DNA of 36,389 nucleotides, from contig JBGFRZ010000042.1 in NCBI GenBank assembly GCA_041694835.1, forward strand, positions 1 through 36,389. The letters run 5' to 3'. The position numbers were made by a program, and so were the translations under genes. Origin of the DNA: Ignavibacteria bacterium (lineage in GTDB: Bacteria > Elusimicrobiota > Endomicrobiia > PHAN01). The notes beneath the pieces were generated by a model. That model had not been told where the DNA came from. It made no database searches and saw only the letters and a program-made list of their open reading frames with translations. Of this stretch, positions 33,222 through 36,389 are shown piece by piece; the first letter of the stretch is position 1, and every line of letters starts with the position of its first letter.

Positions 33222-35960
33222 ATGATAGTTATTCTGCTTCTGTCTCTGATTCCGTCGTTTTTTTCAACTCAAGTCTTTTCACAAAACAGAGTCATCGTAA
33301 AGGACTTCAACTGGAAAATATACAAAACGGATAACGTCGATCTCTACCACTATGCCGACAGCGACGGCCTTCTTGAGTTCGCGGAAAAATTCATAAAAGA
33401 CGCGGAGCGAAGGGCGGCATACCTTAAGCCCAACTTCGAACACCGCATACCACTTTTTATTTACTCATCGCAAAATGATTTTGAACAATCAACTATAGCT
33501 AATATAACTGAAGGAGTGGGGGGACTGGCGGAGGCATTCAAAAACCGACTTCTTGTAGGACACCTCGGCTCTGTCAGACGACTTAACCATCTCATAGTTC
33601 ACGAATATGTTCATGCTGTACAATATTCCGTGCTTTTTGGGGGATGGTGGAGAAGCGCTCGTCTTTTAAAATTTATTTTTTATCCGCTCTGGCTGATGGA
33701 AGGTATGGCAGAGTATTCCTCAGGTGACTTAGATATACCTGAAAGAGAGATGTATGTCAGAGATGCTGTTTTAAATAATAGAGGACTTTCAATAATACAC
33801 CTGCATAACTTCGGACATCTTGAGCCTCATCAGATTACGCTCGCCTACAAGACAAGCGAGCTTCTTATGAGATTCATCGCAGAAGAATACGGCGAAGAAA
33901 AAATCGAAGAACTACTCAGAGTATATGCCGAAAACTACGACGCAAATACCGTCTTGAAAATAGTTTTAGGACTTGAACTTCATATGCTTGATTTTAAATT
34001 CAAAGAATTTCTAAACGAAAGATACGAAACCTATAAATCACTAAATAAGCCCATCGGTGAAAGATTGACAAAGAGTTATACCAAATATCCGACTTTCAAC
34101 TTTTCGCCGGCGATGACACCGGACGGGGAAAATCTGTTTTATCTTTCAGACAATAGGGGGAAAACTGAAATCTGGCAGAAAAACCTTATATCCGGAAAAT
34201 CAACACTCTTGATAAACAAGAATAAATTCGAACACATAAATTCCGAGGGCAGGGCACTTTCCGTTTCACCTGACGGAAATAAAATCATATTTGTCGCCGA
34301 AAGAAAGCAGAAGGACTTTATTGTCATATACGACATAAAAAAAAGAAGATATATAAAAAAAATGCCGCCGCTAAACTACTCGTCGCTTGCAACTCCCTCT
34401 TTTTTTTCGTGTGGAAATAAAATCGCCTTCTCGGCGATGGTAGAGAGTTTCAGGGATATATACATATACGACCTCAAAACTGAAGATTTACAGAGAATAA
34501 CCATAGATCGCTACGACGACATTGACCCGATTGTATCCCCCGACGGGAAATATATGGTCTATTCCTCCGAAAGACTGAGGGGGGACGACTTATGGGATTA
34601 CAATCTTTTTATGATAGACCTTAATACAAGAATGACCGAGCGCCTGACAGACATGGAGTGGGACGAACTCAACCCGTCTTTCAGCCCTGACGGAAAAAGA
34701 ATCATTTTCAGAGGCGAGCCGGACACTGTCAGAAACTTATATTCCATGGACCTTGAAAAAAAAGAAGTCCTCAGGCTCACCTCCTCCTCGGGAGGGATTT
34801 TCAATCCCGTCTATTCGCCTGACGGCGCATATATATTCTGTTCTCTTTTTCTCGACGGCAGGAAAGATATATACAAAATCAAATCGGAAGAACTTTACGC
34901 GGTGGAGCGACCTGAACTTTCCGAAATTCAAAAGGAGACGGAAACCGGGCACCCGCCGTCAACGGAAGTCCGAAATATAACACCTTATAAATTCAGGGCT
35001 TCGACGGATTTGTTTTATCCTTTTCTCTATTATTCGTCGTTAGACGGACTCTTTCTTGCAACCTACTTGCAATTTTCCGACATGCTTTCCCATCATAATT
35101 TCCAGATGGGTGTCCTTTACGCCGACCATGCGAATAGGCTCAGTTATATCGCCCGATACACTTTTACAAGATTCAGACCACAGTTCGTGCTCGGTCTTTC
35201 AGGTGACAATATGTACTACGACTGGATAAACGATAAGTTCGCGAGATATGACGAGATAATACTGGGTATGAGCTATCCTTTAGACAGGTTCAAAAAAATA
35301 GACATCATGGCTGACATCGTTTTTAACAAATTTGTTGACGGAGGGAAAACCGACATCTTAAGGGACGACATTTTGAATATAACATACACACACAACAGCG
35401 TGTCGAGGAAGTATCTTGAGCCGATAACCGGAAATCTCTTCAGGGCAAGCGGCATATTAGCGATGGACAGCTTTGGGGGTGCCACGAGAAAACAGTCTAT
35501 CTCCGTCGAAAACAGCAGTTTTTTTCAGCTAACAGGCGAATTTGTGTGCCTATGGAGAATGTTTGTAGCATCGACATTTGACAGGGACTCCGGACACTAC
35601 TCTCTCGGAGGCGATAGAATGGTAAGGGGCTTTCCTTACGGCAGCGTTTTAACCAAAAGCATGCTCGTAAACAACATCGAGTTGAGGCTCCCTGTGGTAT
35701 CGAACATCAATTACTATGTTTGGTATATGTTCCCGGATTTTTATTTCAAGTCATTTTTCGCGACGCTTTTTATAGACTCTGGAGTGGGCTACGATAGTGG
35801 CTTCGAGAATTTTGAAAAAGTATATTCGTTCGGCGCGGGACTGAAACTCTACAGCTTCATAATACAAACATTCCCGCTTGTTTTCAAGATTGAATGTGCA
35901 AAACCATTTTCACCCGAACCCTCAAGATGGTATTTTTCAATCGGCAGCTTTTTTTATTAA
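33222..35960 (+). CDS. Outer-membrane protein: peptidase-MA-like (HExxH) domain + TolB/PD40 beta-propeller + Omp85/BamA-like barrel
   Basis: Signal peptide after ATG 33222; HEYVH...WLMEGMAEY; repeated SPDG motifs; VRGF motif; aromatic C-terminus FSIGSFFY. Confidence 0.75.
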   Translation: MIVILLLSLIPSFFSTQVFSQNRVIVKDFNWKIYKTDNVDLYHYADSDGLLEFAEKFIKDAERRAAYLKPNFEHRIPLFIYSSQNDFEQSTIANITEGVGGLAEAFKNRLLVGHLGSVRRLNHLIVHEYVHAVQYSVLFGGWWRSARLLKFIFYPLWLMEGMAEYSSGDLDIPEREMYVRDAVLNNRGLSIIHLHNFGHLEPHQITLAYKTSELLMRFIAEEYGEEKIEELLRVYAENYDANTVLKIVLGLELHMLDFKFKEFLNERYETYKSLNKPIGERLTKSYTKYPTFNFSPAMTPDGENLFYLSDNRGKTEIWQKNLISGKSTLLINKNKFEHINSEGRALSVSPDGNKIIFVAERKQKDFIVIYDIKKRRYIKKMPPLNYSSLATPSFFSCGNKIAFSAMVESFRDIYIYDLKTEDLQRITIDRYDDIDPIVSPDGKYMVYSSERLRGDDLWDYNLFMIDLNTRMTERLTDMEWDELNPSFSPDGKRIIFRGEPDTVRNLYSMDLEKKEVLRLTSSSGGIFNPVYSPDGAYIFCSLFLDGRKDIYKIKSEELYAVERPELSEIQKETETGHPPSTEVRNITPYKFRASTDLFYPFLYYSSLDGLFLATYLQFSDMLSHHNFQMGVLYADHANRLSYIARYTFTRFRPQFVLGLSGDNMYYDWINDKFARYDEIILGMSYPLDRFKKIDIMADIVFNKFVDGGKTDILRDDILNITYTHNSVSRKYLEPITGNLFRASGILAMDSFGGATRKQSISVENSSFFQLTGEFVCLWRMFVASTFDRDSGHYSLGGDRMVRGFPYGSVLTKSMLVNNIELRLPVVSNINYYVWYMFPDFYFKSFFATLFIDSGVGYDSGFENFEKVYSFGAGLKLYSFIIQTFPLVFKIECAKPFSPEPSRWYFSIGSFFY

Positions 35961-35997
35961 TTTGTGTATTAAATAAAAATTTTTGTAAAATAAAAGC

Positions 35998-36252
35998 ATG
36001 GCGAAACGAAAAAAGCAAATACAAAAGGAACAGCCAAAGCCCCGCGGTATTTCAAAGAGAGGCAAAAAGACAATAGCCGCTGGCATCTTTATCGTGATAG
36101 TCGGATTCTTCGTTCTTTCATTCGCTGATCCTTCCGGAGAAAACTTTGCAGCTCACCTTTCACCTTTTCTTCTGATAGCCGGATACGCAACCATAGGCAT
36201 AGGCATAATCCTTCCCGAAAAAGACCACGAGCAGAAACATGCCCCCGCTTAA
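35998..36252 (+). CDS. Small two-TM hypothetical membrane protein
   Basis: Basic N-terminus and two hydrophobic helices; TAAAAT ends 6 nt before the ATG. Confidence 0.65.
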   Translation: MAKRKKQIQKEQPKPRGISKRGKKTIAAGIFIVIVGFFVLSFADPSGENFAAHLSPFLLIAGYATIGIGIILPEKDHEQKHAPA

Positions 36253-36276
36253 AACGTTCCGGTTAAAAAAGGTAAT

Positions 36277-36389
36277 GGCTAAACAATTCGGACTAATTTT
36301 TCATCAAAATGAGTGTGCTGTAACATCTTCAGTATAGTCGGAAAAAGGTCTTCGTCTCTATGATTAAATCTGAAAGAAATTTCACCCAA
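36277..36389 (-). mobile_element. 3' end of an IS1595-family transposase and its likely terminal repeat (runs off the window)
   Basis: Minus strand 36389-36279 reads LGEISFRFNHRDEDLFPTILKMLQHTHFDEKLVRIV*, containing the E-xx-FRFNHR motif of IS1595 DDE transposases. The stop overlaps a GGC-starting end (GGCTAAACAATTCGG at 36277). Confidence 0.65.

Noticed and set aside
271-35485. Numerous minus-strand and alternate-frame ORFs in the track (e.g. 8240-8686, 17489-18013, 20592-21125, 29131-29733, 32093-32617)
   Set aside because: They are shadows of well-supported + strand genes, with Ser/Phe/Ile-rich antisense composition and no recognisable motifs.
1-36389. tRNA, rRNA, integron attC sites, prophage
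   Set aside because: No cloverleaf or rRNA-like sequence, integrase or phage structural genes were seen; a covariance-model scan was not run.

Overview
Bacterial chromosomal window with essentially all genes on the + strand. The PorV-family gene, T9SS-CTD-like gene, Omp85-barrel gene and gene order suggest a diderm, possibly Elusimicrobiota-like organism (inference). Bases 1-14000 are accessory: a 5'-truncated repeat adhesin, a CTD-like protein, a PorV-family protein, two lipoproteins, DsrE/TusA, a stand-alone LigD phosphoesterase domain, an AmmeMemoRadiSam radical SAM enzyme, TrxB plus protein-disulfide oxidoreductase, a half-length MFS, an NTPase, a GHKL ATPase, a GYD protein, an AAA ATPase and queF. 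Bases 14179-36252 are a housekeeping run: murC-murB-ddl-ftsQ-ftsA-ftsZ-pilT-like-pgeF-pheA-hisC-aroF-tyrA-aroA-(Cys-rich membrane protein)-radC-cmk-plsC-ispH-rpsA-peptidase/propeller/Omp85. The most striking observation is that TyrA carries a C-terminal LexA-type winged-helix DNA-binding domain and is followed immediately by two perfect CGAAC-N4-GTTCG palindromes (Gram-positive LexA-box pattern) in front of aroA. This suggests an enzyme-repressor hybrid, but the same 33-mer also sits inside trxB, so it may instead be a REP-like repeat. The window is also rich in small mobile or repeat DNA: a 178-bp MITE with an 8-bp target duplication, an orphan IS3-type end, the 3' end of an IS1595-like transposase missed by the ORF track, GTAG-REP palindromes, and 7-9-mer tandem arrays, some translated in frame. 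All family calls come from motif recognition by eye; no database search was run.
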